A stretch of 64,000 nucleotides of DNA from Planctomycetota bacterium (GCA_965223845.1 CBDCXR010000004.1:2048001-2112000), one strand, 5' to 3'; counted from the stretch's first letter, positions 46,429-56,229 are shown. The notes: generated from the letters alone by a model not told the origin. Numbers and translations: made by a program.

Positions 46429-48177
46429 TCAGTTTGCGTCGCCGTCCGCGTCGTCACGGCCGGTACGCTCGGTGTCGCCCGAATCGGACTCTTCGCTGGG
46501 TTCCGGCTCAGGCTTCGGCTCGGAGGGAGCGTGCTCGAAGTCGATGTGGTCGGCGCGCAGCCGGATGCCTTTCCCCGGGGCGGCGATGTCGATGTCGCCC
46601 TCCGCTCGGAGCGAAACCAGATCGGGCGCGAGAGCGAACGAATGTCCCGTGCTCGTCTCGATCTCCACGCTCTCCGCCCGATCGTCGAGGCTCACTCGGT
46701 GCCCAGCCGGGGTCTCGAGCTCGATCGACTCGTTCGCGTCGTCGAATGCGAGACGGTGTCCGCCCGGAGTCCGAATCCGGATCTCCTCGACTTCGTCGTC
46801 GAGCTGGATCTCGTGTCCCCCCGGAGTTCTCAAAGTGAAACGCCGCACGCTCCCGTTCACGACGCCGCCGCCGTCGATCGTACCGCGATGCCCGTAGATG
46901 CCGCCGAGCACGATCGCGAACGCGGGATCGTGATCGGCGAACATGACGACGACGTTGTCGTCCACATCGGGAAGAACGACGAGGCCCTTCTCATCCCCGG
47001 CTCCGGGCGCCATGACTTCGAGCCACGACGTCTCGAGGTCGCCGTGGCTCGGAAGACGCACTTTGACGCGGCCGAGCTCCTCGGGGTCGTCGACCGACGT
47101 AACGACGGCGATCGTCGCGCAGGCGGCTCCACTCGACGCGGTCGGGCTCACACGAGGCGGAGGAGACGGGAGGTCGGTCGAGATCTCCGTCACGAATCCG
47201 CGGGTACCGTCGATGGCGTGCCGCACATCGCCGAGGACGAATCGCCCGCTCGAGCGCCGGCCGAGGCCGGAAACCTCCACGACGTCGCCGGCGCGAAGGG
47301 TCACGTCTCCATCCGTGACACCGGAAAAGCGCGATTCGTGGGCGGCGCGGCGGTCGAGCTCCGCCTGCGCTCGAGCGACGGCTTGCGCCGCGTCCGCGAC
47401 GGGGACGTCCACGATCGTTCGCTCGCCCGTTCCGCCGACATCGCCGGGGGCGAGCGCGACGTCGATCGACGTCCCGACACGAGGAGCGTCCACCGTCTCA
47501 CGGAGGAACGTCGCGGTCATGGGATCCCACCCGAGGGTCGAGACTCGCCGGCAGGTCGTTTCGGCATTCACCTCGACCTTCGCCTCGAAGAGATTCTCCC
47601 CGAGCTCGAGCGTGTGCTCGTCCGCGTGGCCATCGAGGGTCAAGATCCGCAAGCGATCGCCATCGAGCACGAAGTAGGCGCCGCAGAGTCTCGCGCGCTC
47701 GTCGAGCAAGTCGAAGTCGCTCTGACGATGCTGAAAGACGTGACGCCAGAGGGGACTCTCGACCTCGCACTCGACATCGATCCCGTCCTCGCGGACGAGC
47801 TCGGCCGCGAGATCGGCGAGGGTGACTTCGGTGTGGACTCGCTGCGGCTGTCGCTTCCGAAGGCGATGCAGGCGGTCGTAAGCTCGAACTCGAAGTTCAG
47901 ATTCGCGCGCCGGACCGCAGGCGACTTCGACCGCAGTAATGTCTCCCTCAAAGAGGAGGCCGCCGCTGTCAGGAAGAGCGACCCGCAGCGCCCGGCCGAC
48001 GGGAAACGCGTCGGCCGCTTCTCCCAAGTCACTCGGCTCGTAGACGGAGAGCTCACACATCGCCGGAAGGGAGAGTCGCTGGCGAGCGACCGTGTGGCCG
48101 ATTTTCTCGGCGATGCCGCCGGCGAGCTCGCTTCCGTCCACTTCAATGCTGAGCCGCGGAAGGACATCGATACTCAT
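46429..48177 (-). CDS. VgrG-like spike / baseplate assembly protein V (Afp8/Pvc8-like)
   Basis: ATGA overlap with the upstream gene. FEGDITAVE, YDRLHRL, QSDFDLL, DDPEELGRVKV.LP, LPDVDD.V.V.F, and TP.GH beta-helix repeats. Confidence 0.92.
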   Translation of the reverse strand: MSIDVLPRLSIEVDGSELAGGIAEKIGHTVARQRLSLPAMCELSVYEPSDLGEAADAFPVGRALRVALPDSGGLLFEGDITAVEVACGPARESELRVRAYDRLHRLRKRQPQRVHTEVTLADLAAELVREDGIDVECEVESPLWRHVFQHRQSDFDLLDERARLCGAYFVLDGDRLRILTLDGHADEHTLELGENLFEAKVEVNAETTCRRVSTLGWDPMTATFLRETVDAPRVGTSIDVALAPGDVGGTGERTIVDVPVADAAQAVARAQAELDRRAAHESRFSGVTDGDVTLRAGDVVEVSGLGRRSSGRFVLGDVRHAIDGTRGFVTEISTDLPSPPPRVSPTASSGAACATIAVVTSVDDPEELGRVKVRLPSHGDLETSWLEVMAPGAGDEKGLVVLPDVDDNVVVMFADHDPAFAIVLGGIYGHRGTIDGGGVVNGSVRRFTLRTPGGHEIQLDDEVEEIRIRTPGGHRLAFDDANESIELETPAGHRVSLDDRAESVEIETSTGHSFALAPDLVSLRAEGDIDIAAPGKGIRLRADHIDFEHAPSEPKPEPEPSEESDSGDTERTGRDDADGDAN

Positions 48178-48929
48178 CGCTGCGACTCCAAGACATCCTG
48201 GGACGGTACTCTCAGTAGGTGCCCGACGGGAACGCGCAAAGGATCGATGAGGTCGTTGAATGCAGCGATGACCCGCCAAAACGAGGCCGTTCCGTAGTAG
48301 CGAAATGAGATCTCATCCACTCGCTCCGAAGCGAGGAGGGGGTCAGAACTCGCGTCGTTCCCGTCTCCCGTAATCTCGTGCTCGAAAAGCTTGTCGGGCG
48401 GGACTTCTGCGTCGGGATCGAGCAACTCCGGAAGCGGACGGGAAGTCTCCGGCGTGTGGAGTCGGTCGCTGGGCTCACTCACTCGCCACAGCTTGAGACG
48501 AAGCCACGACCGTTCGGGCGCGCCCTCTGAACTGAACCGCTCGAGCTTCTCGCTCACGGAGACAATCACACCGGGAATGTTCCAGCTCTTCCCCCAGATG
48601 AACCGAACGAGCGGGGGACGCTGCGCTCCGCGGTCGAGGGTGGAGTTCTCCGACAGCTCCCAGAGCGGAGAGGTGAGATCGCGCACATCGGTAGCCGTGA
48701 TCGAGGAGCCGGCGATCTTCACGTCGAAGAGTAGATCGAGCGCGACTTCGGTCGTTCCGCCGCCCGTACTGAGAAGAGGATCGTCCTTGAGTCCCGACGA
48801 TGTCACCGGACCGGTGGAGGATCGCCGCGGCCGAACGCCCGAATGTCGCCGAACGGTGAGCGTTTCGGGATTGAGCAGACAACCGATGCGTTCACCGGTT
48901 GACTCGATGAGGAAGGCTACTCGCTCCAT
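48174..48929 (-). CDS. CIS tube-initiator protein with LysM-like C-terminus (Afp7/Pvc7-like)
   Basis: CLLNPETL, LDLLFD, PPLVRFIWG, LERF...GAP.R, ERVDEIS.RYYG....WR.IA.FN...DP..V..G..L.VP. Confidence 0.9.
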   Translation of the reverse strand: MERVAFLIESTGERIGCLLNPETLTVRRHSGVRPRRSSTGPVTSSGLKDDPLLSTGGGTTEVALDLLFDVKIAGSSITATDVRDLTSPLWELSENSTLDRGAQRPPLVRFIWGKSWNIPGVIVSVSEKLERFSSEGAPERSWLRLKLWRVSEPSDRLHTPETSRPLPELLDPDAEVPPDKLFEHEITGDGNDASSDPLLASERVDEISFRYYGTASFWRVIAAFNDLIDPLRVPVGHLLRVPSQDVLESQR

Positions 48930-50398
48930 GGAATCCCTCGCTGCTCGAGGTCGATGCGACGGGCTCGCGCTGCGTCTCGCGATGCTGTTTCAGCAGCGCC
49001 GGCGTGCTCGGTCTCCACTGCGTGCGGATCGGCGAGGAGACTCGGCCAGCGGTCGAGCTGCGGATTCGGGTGCACGGTGGGATTGGCGAACGTCGACGGG
49101 ACGTCGACCGACGCGAGGAATCGCCCGAGATCGAATCGGACGGCGTTCCGATCTTTTCGCCGAACGCCTTCCCGCGAGAAGCCGGTCCGCGAATCGATCG
49201 ACGCATCCTCACGTTCGCGTGCTCGACGCTCGGCCGTCTCATCGCCAGTCGAAGGGCGCGAGAGCGAGCCCTCGGCTGCGACCGGTCTCGAGCTTGGGTC
49301 GATCGGGGGTCGAGAGCGCTCGTCTCGGCGGGACGATATCGCTGAGCGCCGCGGCGGAGGCGTCGATGGGACTCGGGCGCGCGTTGGACGCGCGCCGTCG
49401 ACGCGGTCCTCCTTCACCGGGGCCGGATCAGATCGCGGGTCCGATCGACGAGCCGCTGATCGGGCTCTCCCGGCGACCGGAGACGGCGCGCTCGGCGCCG
49501 CCGGAGATCGGGCGAACCGGAACTCCTCTACGGGTTGAGACAACGCCGCTTCGCTGCCCGAAGGGATAACGACATCGAGCGGCGTTTCGCCGCGAAGCTG
49601 CCGGCCCGGCCCGGCATGCGGTTCGCGGTCGGCGATGTGTCCCTCCGTGCGCCGCGCACGTTCTGGAGGTCGCCGAGACTCGGAAGCGCCGGCGCTGCTG
49701 GGTGTAGATCTCGCCTCGTGCGCTCGCGGTTTTCCCGACCGCTGACGCGGGCGGGGACCATCGCCCGCTTCCGCGCGAATCGCGCCCGCGGGCGGTTCCG
49801 TCCGGCTCCGCGGAGCTCGCGCGGCCTCCTCCGTCCGCGACGTCGCGATTCGTGCGCCAGCAGACTCCTGCGTCGACGGGGCGACGGCGCGCTTGGGATC
49901 GGGATTCGGTGCGCGGTGATCGCGCGGCGACGCGTCTCGCGGCCGATCGAGCTTCGACGAGCGCGGAGTCTCCGAGACGTCACTCGGAACGGGCTTCCTC
50001 TCTCGGCCGCGCGTCTCGCTGCGTTCGAGCTGTCGAACGGAGCCGCGACTCGACTTAGAACGCTTCCGGCGCGAATCGCGTGGCGGCTTCGCGACGTCAC
50101 TCGGGTGATCGACCGCCGATTCGGATGCGCGATGCGACTCGAACTCCGGGTCCGCCTCGGTCTCCTCGGCGGCCGTCGCCACCAGCTCCAGCCATTCGCT
50201 CGGCGGCTCATCGCCGACGAGTCGTTTCCACGCTTCGGGGACGGGAGACCTCTCGCCCGCTCGCTCGTCGCCCGGTGAGGACTCGCCTCGACCCGATCGA
50301 GATGGCGGCGGGCCGACGCGCGCCGCCACACGGCTCAAGAGCGCGGCGAACGACGCGAGCGCCGATTGGATCCATCGCCTGAGCGGTAGCGCTCTCAC
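48917..50398 (-). CDS. Low-complexity Arg/Pro/Ser-rich CIS-associated protein (possible tape measure or cargo)
   Basis: GTG overlaps the tube-gene stop (GTGA) and the 3' end overlaps the next gene, so it fills the gap exactly. Short ordered-looking motifs at the ends (P..W..LV, RWPSL, LEQRG). Confidence 0.65.
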   Translation of the reverse strand: MRALPLRRWIQSALASFAALLSRVAARVGPPPSRSGRGESSPGDERAGERSPVPEAWKRLVGDEPPSEWLELVATAAEETEADPEFESHRASESAVDHPSDVAKPPRDSRRKRSKSSRGSVRQLERSETRGRERKPVPSDVSETPRSSKLDRPRDASPRDHRAPNPDPKRAVAPSTQESAGARIATSRTEEAARAPRSRTEPPAGAIRAEAGDGPRPRQRSGKPRAHEARSTPSSAGASESRRPPERARRTEGHIADREPHAGPGRQLRGETPLDVVIPSGSEAALSQPVEEFRFARSPAAPSAPSPVAGRARSAARRSDPRSDPAPVKEDRVDGARPTRARVPSTPPPRRSAISSRRDERSRPPIDPSSRPVAAEGSLSRPSTGDETAERRAREREDASIDSRTGFSREGVRRKDRNAVRFDLGRFLASVDVPSTFANPTVHPNPQLDRWPSLLADPHAVETEHAGAAETASRDAARARRIDLEQRGIPWSE

Positions 50399-50835
50399 AA
50401 TCGCTGGACTCCCTCGTGCGTGAGAGTGAGCGATTCGATCGCGACGGAATTGCCCTGCGCGTCGAGCACGGCGCCTCGCCATTCCTCAGGCCATGCTGCG
50501 TCGAGGTTCCAGCGCGCCACGGGGGTAGTGCCGTCCTCGTCGAGAAGGACGATCGAGCACGCCTTCCGCTCGATGATCCCCTTCGACGTCTTGTCGAACC
50601 ACTCGGCGAGCTGCGTCGAACTCGTCACCCCGTAGCGAAGCGTCACGCCGAAGTACTCCACGCGACCGGGAAGCGAACGCACCTGCTGCCCGGCGCCCGC
50701 CTCGCGATAGAGGATCTTCTCGATTCGTGCGCCGAGGCCCTCGGCGCGCGCGAAGCTGGCTTCGGTCACGCCGGAGATCTCGAGCTTGAAGTTGAAATCT
50801 CGATAAGGGTCGGTTCTCGTGCCGGTTTCGGCCAT
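50395..50835 (-). CDS. CIS inner tube protein (T4 gp19-like; Afp1/5-like)
   Basis: DPYRDFNFKLEI.G...F....GL......YRE.G......LPG......VTLRYG...W.L..AWP..W....L.A....VAIESL.L.HEG. GAGG RBS. Confidence 0.95.
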   Translation of the reverse strand: MAETGTRTDPYRDFNFKLEISGVTEASFARAEGLGARIEKILYREAGAGQQVRSLPGRVEYFGVTLRYGVTSSTQLAEWFDKTSKGIIERKACSIVLLDEDGTTPVARWNLDAAWPEEWRGAVLDAQGNSVAIESLTLTHEGVQRL

Positions 50836-50843
50836 GGTTTACC

Positions 50844-52073
50844 TCACTCTGCTTCGACTTCCGTGCCACCTTCGTACTGCCCGATCCGAAACACGACGAA
50901 CTCGGCCGGACGGACCGGTGCGATGCCGATCTTGATCGTCACCTTGCCCGCGACGATCTCTTCGTGAGGATTCGTCTCCTCATCGCACTGAACGAAGAAC
51001 GCTTCCTCCGGCGTCGATCCTTTGATCGCACCGTCGCGCCACAGCCGAAGAAGGAAGGCGGTCACGTCGCGTTCGATCGCGTTCCAGAGATCTTCGTCGT
51101 TCGGCTCGAAGACCACCCAGCGCGTTCCGAGAGCGATCGACTCCTCGACCATCGCGAAGAGCCGGCGGACACTCAGATACCGCCACTCACTGCTGGCCGG
51201 CGCGATCGTTCGTGCACCCCACACGCGGATCCCTTCCCGCGGGAAAAACCGGATGCAGTTGACGCCCGCGGGATTGAGCGTGTCCTGTTCCTGATCGGTG
51301 ACGCGGTAGGTGACTCCGACAGCTCCCTCGACCGCGGTATTCGCGGGAGCTTTGTGAACGCCGCGTACGGCGTCGGTGCGCGCCCAGACACCGGCGATGT
51401 GGCCCGACGGAGGGACCTCGACCGTCTGCTTCGGATTGAGAGGGTTTCGGATGCGGATCCACGGGAAGTAGAACGCGCCGTAGCCGCCGTCCTGCTGCGC
51501 CGGGCGCAACCCGCCGCCGCCGCCGACCGGTGTCCGCTTGCCGCCGCCCTCTTTCTCATCCTTGTCCTTCGTGTCCTTCGGCGGTCCTTCCGTCCCGACG
51601 GTTTTTAGCCGATCGATCTCCTTCGGATCGGTGACGTTCGGAGCGTCGAGGATCGCCACGCGGTCCTTCAGCTTGCTGCAGTGATTGAGGACGGCGCTGT
51701 AGTCGGCGAAGCTCGTGGCGCCCGGCGCCGCGACGATGGCGACTTCATCGACCTGCTCGAGTGCGGCGACGCCCTCGCGCGGCTTCCCCACGATCGAACC
51801 GCCTTCGCCGACGTTGACGACGTAGCAGCGAGAGCCGCCGTTGGAGAAGAACCCGTGGACCGCACTCGCGAGATCGGTGAGGTTCGTTCGGTTGCCGACG
51901 TACTCCTTGAGAAACTGCGACCAGTTGTTGATCGCGATCGGCTGGTGAACGTGCCGCGTCGGATCGGGAGCGACCCCCACGAAGCCGGGCGTGCTGGTTC
52001 CGAGCGCCGTGATCGGTCGCGAGCCGGTCGACTCCTCGACGATGTAAACGCCTGGGGTGCCGTAGTCGGTCAT
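50844..52073 (-). CDS. CIS contractile sheath protein (Afp2/3/4-like)
   Basis: TPGVYI.E, FF.NGG..CYV, DR.AILD.P, YFPW, PPSGH.AG, RGVHKAPAN, LNP.GVNCIR, VWGART, WVVFEPN, AP.RPAEFVVFRI. Confidence 0.96.
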   Translation of the reverse strand: MTDYGTPGVYIVEESTGSRPITALGTSTPGFVGVAPDPTRHVHQPIAINNWSQFLKEYVGNRTNLTDLASAVHGFFSNGGSRCYVVNVGEGGSIVGKPREGVAALEQVDEVAIVAAPGATSFADYSAVLNHCSKLKDRVAILDAPNVTDPKEIDRLKTVGTEGPPKDTKDKDEKEGGGKRTPVGGGGGLRPAQQDGGYGAFYFPWIRIRNPLNPKQTVEVPPSGHIAGVWARTDAVRGVHKAPANTAVEGAVGVTYRVTDQEQDTLNPAGVNCIRFFPREGIRVWGARTIAPASSEWRYLSVRRLFAMVEESIALGTRWVVFEPNDEDLWNAIERDVTAFLLRLWRDGAIKGSTPEEAFFVQCDEETNPHEEIVAGKVTIKIGIAPVRPAEFVVFRIGQYEGGTEVEAE

Positions 52074-52075
52074 GC

Positions 52076-52870
52076 TCAATCCTCCGTAGGTTCAAAGCGA
52101 ACGACGAGGGGAGCCCCGGGGCTCATTCCCTGATCGGTTTCCACTGCGAGTTCCCGGTTGCGCGCCCGGATGACGAGGCGCTTTACGGGTGGGTGGTGGG
52201 GAACTCCCGCAAAGCGAAACTCTCCCCGGCGATCCGTGACGGTCGATAGACGAAGGGCGGGAAGGGACACCTGCGCACGCGAGAGCGGGATCTCGCTCGG
52301 GCCCTTCGCCCCGGCGCGTTTCTTGAGCGGAGCGACGACGCGTCCCCGGAGCTCGCCGATCGGCGTGGGGTGAAAGACCAGCGGGTGTTCGACGATGCGC
52401 ACCTCGCGCGCGACGCGCTCTCGCCGGACGAGCGCGCGCAACAGGAACGCGGGTCGCGGCGCGAGGCCGAGCTCCGGCCAGAGCTCCCGCGGAATCTGCA
52501 GATCGAGCTCGGCCGGCGTCGGTTCGGACTCTGAAGACGGCCGGAGAGTGGGGGGAGATTCGAGCGCGCTGAACACGAGCTCGGAGAGCATCGCGTGTGC
52601 TCGGTGCGGCGACGCGTCCCACGCGGAGACGAGAAACCGAACGGCGAACTGCATGGGGGTGTCGGCTCGGCCACGCGGAAGCGGGGCGGGCTCGAACGCC
52701 AGCAGATACACTGAGATGGCGCTACTCTCCGTCGACGCTTCTCCGACGATCTCCGCATTCGGATGCACCCTCCGGATCCACTCGTGGAGCTGCTCGGTCA
52801 CGAACTCGATCTCGGTGGTCGGCGCGACGTCCGGTGCGTTCGCTCGTCGACTCCTCCTCTGGGCCGTCAC
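52076..52870 (-). CDS. Pvc16/DUF4255-like CIS cap protein with C-terminal carboxypeptidase-regulatory-like domain
   Basis: ISVYLL...RFLVSAW....AH.ML.EL...W..LG..PRPAF, then G.V...PL..A.V......TVTDRRGEFRF. GTG overlaps the patatin stop. Confidence 0.75.
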   Translation of the reverse strand: MTAQRRSRRANAPDVAPTTEIEFVTEQLHEWIRRVHPNAEIVGEASTESSAISVYLLAFEPAPLPRGRADTPMQFAVRFLVSAWDASPHRAHAMLSELVFSALESPPTLRPSSESEPTPAELDLQIPRELWPELGLAPRPAFLLRALVRRERVAREVRIVEHPLVFHPTPIGELRGRVVAPLKKRAGAKGPSEIPLSRAQVSLPALRLSTVTDRRGEFRFAGVPHHPPVKRLVIRARNRELAVETDQGMSPGAPLVVRFEPTED

Positions 52871-54888
52871 TCGAGGGCCTCCAGAACTTCGGCCACCGAG
52901 CTCGCGTTCTCGGCCTCGAGCTGCCGCTCCATCTCGTTTCGTGCGGAATCCGAGATCATCCAACCGAGCGGCAAGGGGACGTCGCTCGATCGGAGCCGAA
53001 ATCGAATGAACTTGCCGTTCGCGGCGAGTACGGCGGTCTTGATCGCAGCCTCGGCGTAGTGTCCGCGCGCATCGCGCGTGCTCAGCATGGTGCTCAGGGG
53101 TGCCGTCGCCTCTTTGAGGAACTCTCCTTCGTCGACCTCACTGGCCGTCGGCACGCCCTCGTCGGGTTGTTCGGGATCGTTGCTGATCACGATCACGATC
53201 GGAACGATCCGGGCGGAGAGACCGCGCGCGTTCGCCCCTCTCTGCACTTCCTGTAGAACCTCGAGGAGAGTCGCAGCCCCCGAGTTCTCGAAGTAGCCGC
53301 CGTCGACGATGAAGAGCGAGTCCGGTGCGTCGATCCGGCCCGCCGGGCTGACGTACGGAAATCGCGTGCTCATGTCGACCGCCGTACTCAGAGGTACGGC
53401 ACGGCGAAGGACGGTCTGCAGCTCGAACACGTCCTCGAAGCCGCTGCTGAGCGAGAGGTTGCTCATGACCATCCGCTTTCCCGTGGCGACGTTCGTTCCG
53501 TTGAGAAAGAGCGCCGGTACGGCGAGAGCCTCGTCGGACTGCCAGAGGTCGCCGAAGCGCCGCGCGAAACGGTCGTTCTTCTGCTCGCGTTCCCAAGCGG
53601 ATTCCCACGCTTTCTCTAGCGAGCGCGCGCGATCGAAGTAGCCGACAGGAAAGGGGAGGAAGCGCTGGAACAAGTCCTGGAACAGCATCGCCGCGATCGT
53701 CGGGGAGAGGAAATCGCGCGCGAGGATCTCTCCCGCGGCCCGCCGCGCGTCGTTTGCGTCGTCGGCGACCAGCGCAGCGAACACCGCGCCGCCGAGGCTC
53801 CCCCCCGAGACTCCGCTGACCGCGAACGTGTGCCGGCCGAACCGCCGCGGTCGGGACCGACTCTTGTCCTCGAGCTCGCCGAGGACGATCGCCGTCCAGT
53901 ACGCCGCCCGAACCCCGCCGCCCGCGGCGGCGACAAGGAACACGGGAATCTCTTTTCCGTTCGCCTCGCCGTCGCGCGCGGTCAGCCATCGCCCGGCAAA
54001 CTCCTCGGTCGAATTCCCGCGGCGTGCCGCGGGTCGGGACCGGAGCTCGCGGACGTGGTGATTGTCGTTCCAGAAGCTGAAGAGGATGGCGGCGACGAGA
54101 ATCACGCTGAGAAGTCGGGTACAGCGCCAAATCCGCGCGAGATAGACGAGAAAGCTCCCGATCGGGAGCCAGCTCGACATCGCGATGAAGAGGATGCTCG
54201 CACTTCCGATCCATGGCGCGACGCCAACCGACGCAAACGTGAAGAGAACGAACCAAAAGAGCGAGAGCCCAAAGGAGATCAGGAGGAGCACCTTCGTCGG
54301 CCGTCCTAGTTGAACGACCCCCTCCACGGGCTCGCGAATCGGCTCCCAGCCGAACACGTTCTTCAGAACGCGCGTGCGGAAGTAGACGACGAAAAAGAAC
54401 CCGACCGCGAGGAGAACGCACACGACGCCCATGATATTCAGAACGACTCCGGCGCCGCGGGGATCGGAGCTCCAATACGCGGCGGCGGAGCGAAAAAGCC
54501 CGATACCGCACGCAAGGAGTACGAGGCAGCCGAGAATCCGCGGAACGTGCGCCTTGAATCGGGCGGTCCACTTGGGGCTGATCCCTTTATGCTCCTCCTC
54601 GTGGGGGAGGTAGAACATGAACCGCGCCCAGTACCACGCGTTGAACGCGAGAACGATCGCGGCGATGAGGAAGACGACCCACTGGAACGTCGCCCAGAGA
54701 AATCGCCCCTCCGTCTCGCCGAGTCCGCGGAGCGCCTCCTGGACTTGACCGACGAAAACGAGCGAGATCGTCACGAAGAGGACGACGATCCCGCTGAATC
54801 GGCACAGCTTCAGCACGCCGACCAGATCGGACAGCCAATCGAGGGCGGCGCGAATCCATCGCGTCACCGTCGCTACTAAAGACCGCAT
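52867..54888 (-). CDS. Membrane-embedded patatin-like phospholipase
   Basis: GGAGG before ATG 54888. About 8 TM helices, then AAAGGGVRAA (Gly-rich), GVSGGS (GxSxG), STRFPYVSP and VDGGYFENSG (DGG). Confidence 0.9.
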   Translation of the reverse strand: MRSLVATVTRWIRAALDWLSDLVGVLKLCRFSGIVVLFVTISLVFVGQVQEALRGLGETEGRFLWATFQWVVFLIAAIVLAFNAWYWARFMFYLPHEEEHKGISPKWTARFKAHVPRILGCLVLLACGIGLFRSAAAYWSSDPRGAGVVLNIMGVVCVLLAVGFFFVVYFRTRVLKNVFGWEPIREPVEGVVQLGRPTKVLLLISFGLSLFWFVLFTFASVGVAPWIGSASILFIAMSSWLPIGSFLVYLARIWRCTRLLSVILVAAILFSFWNDNHHVRELRSRPAARRGNSTEEFAGRWLTARDGEANGKEIPVFLVAAAGGGVRAAYWTAIVLGELEDKSRSRPRRFGRHTFAVSGVSGGSLGGAVFAALVADDANDARRAAGEILARDFLSPTIAAMLFQDLFQRFLPFPVGYFDRARSLEKAWESAWEREQKNDRFARRFGDLWQSDEALAVPALFLNGTNVATGKRMVMSNLSLSSGFEDVFELQTVLRRAVPLSTAVDMSTRFPYVSPAGRIDAPDSLFIVDGGYFENSGAATLLEVLQEVQRGANARGLSARIVPIVIVISNDPEQPDEGVPTASEVDEGEFLKEATAPLSTMLSTRDARGHYAEAAIKTAVLAANGKFIRFRLRSSDVPLPLGWMISDSARNEMERQLEAENASSVAEVLEALE

Positions 54889-55314
54889 CGCTACCGGTCC
54901 TCCCACAGCTGAACACGACCGCGCGTCCAACCCGCGCGCGGATCGTCGAGATACTCTACGCCTCCGGAAACCACGTCGGTCACGACGCGCCCCATTGAAC
55001 GTTGGCGTTCGATCGAGCACCGCGATCGCTCGTCGCAGCGCGAAGGACGGGTCGCGGGAACGGCAGCTCGAGTCCCGCTGAATCCACCGCCCTCGATCTG
55101 CCCCGCTCGCCGCAGCCTTCCGCTCGCCGCGTTCGAATTTCGATTCCATCCGAACGCGATGCGCTCAATCCATAAGAGGAATCATCCGGGAGTCCCGCCG
55201 CGTGTGTCAAGCGCGCGATCTGCGGCGGGGAAAAGTCGAGTCGGAGCCTTGCCCTGTTCGGTGTACCCGGTCAAGACGATCGCACACCGGGGAAACATGA
55301 AGCTCGCGTGTCGC

Positions 55315-56229
55315 TCACTCCGTCATTTCTCCGTAGATCTTCGCGATCTGATCCTTAAACATGCGTCCGCGGTAGCGATCGAGGTGCTCGGGAACTTCGA
55401 TCGACGCCTGTAGACTCTCGAGCGTCGCGTTCTTCTCGATCCCCTTGCGCACCGCGCCCCGAAGAGTCGCGATGTACTCGCGCTGTAGTGCAATCAGGCT
55501 CTCGTCCGCACAGGCGCCGTGTCCAGGCGCGACGATCTTCACGTCGAGCTTCGCGAGGGCATCGAGGACGCGCAGCCACGACTCGGTGTCCCCATCGCCC
55601 ATATAGTTGAAGGGGCCGTTCACGACCGCGTCGCCGGTGAAGAGGATCTTCTCCTTCGGCAGATACGCGAAACCGTCACCGCGAGTGTGTGCCGTACCGA
55701 AGTGGAGAAGCTCGACGCGTCGTTTCCCGTCGTCGACGACGAGGCGATCGGGGTAGGTGATGACCGGCGGCATCGGCCCTTCGTCTCCGAGCGCGCGAAC
55801 GTCGTCGCGATTCGTCTCTCGCCAGCGCTTTGGCTCGTAGCGACGCATCTCCGTGACGACGTTCTCGTGGGCGATCGGCAGCGCGCCCCGAGTCCGCCAC
55901 ACCGCGTTACCGTACGCGTGGTCGCCGTGATGATGCGTGTCGAACACGAAACGCACCGGCTTTTCCGTCACCTTCGCGATCGAGTCGAGGCACTTCTTCG
56001 CGCCATCGGGAAAGTTCGCGTCGATCGCGAGGACGAAGTCGTCGAGGACGATAAAACCGTTGTTGCAGTGCCCGTGCGGTGCGTCGATGCGCCCGTGACG
56101 GAAATAGACCCCCGGCGCCAACTCGACGACCTGGTCGGCTTCGGTCTTGAAGATGTCCTGAACGACGGCCGCGCCGGCGCCGAGGCCGAGCGCGCAGATG
56201 GCGAGAAGAAACCAGCCGGTGCGGGGCAT
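55315..56229 (-). CDS. Exported MBL-fold metallo-hydrolase (cyclase-like)
   Basis: GAAAGGA before ATG 56229. Signal peptide, THHHGDH..GN, AHTRGD, LFTGD, PGHG. Confidence 0.9.
   Translation of the reverse strand: MPRTGWFLLAICALGLGAGAAVVQDIFKTEADQVVELAPGVYFRHGRIDAPHGHCNNGFIVLDDFVLAIDANFPDGAKKCLDSIAKVTEKPVRFVFDTHHHGDHAYGNAVWRTRGALPIAHENVVTEMRRYEPKRWRETNRDDVRALGDEGPMPPVITYPDRLVVDDGKRRVELLHFGTAHTRGDGFAYLPKEKILFTGDAVVNGPFNYMGDGDTESWLRVLDALAKLDVKIVAPGHGACADESLIALQREYIATLRGAVRKGIEKNATLESLQASIEVPEHLDRYRGRMFKDQIAKIYGEMTE

Noticed and set aside
42440-52870. Prophage or type VI secretion system
   Set aside because: No capsid, portal, terminase, integrase or lysis genes, and no TssJ/L/M or ClpV. Gene set and order match Afp/PVC-type CIS.
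55181-55210. Minus-strand TTGACA-N18-GATGAT promoter for the CIS operon
   Set aside because: The -10 box is weak and lies about 290 bp from the first start codon. Not supportable without TSS data.
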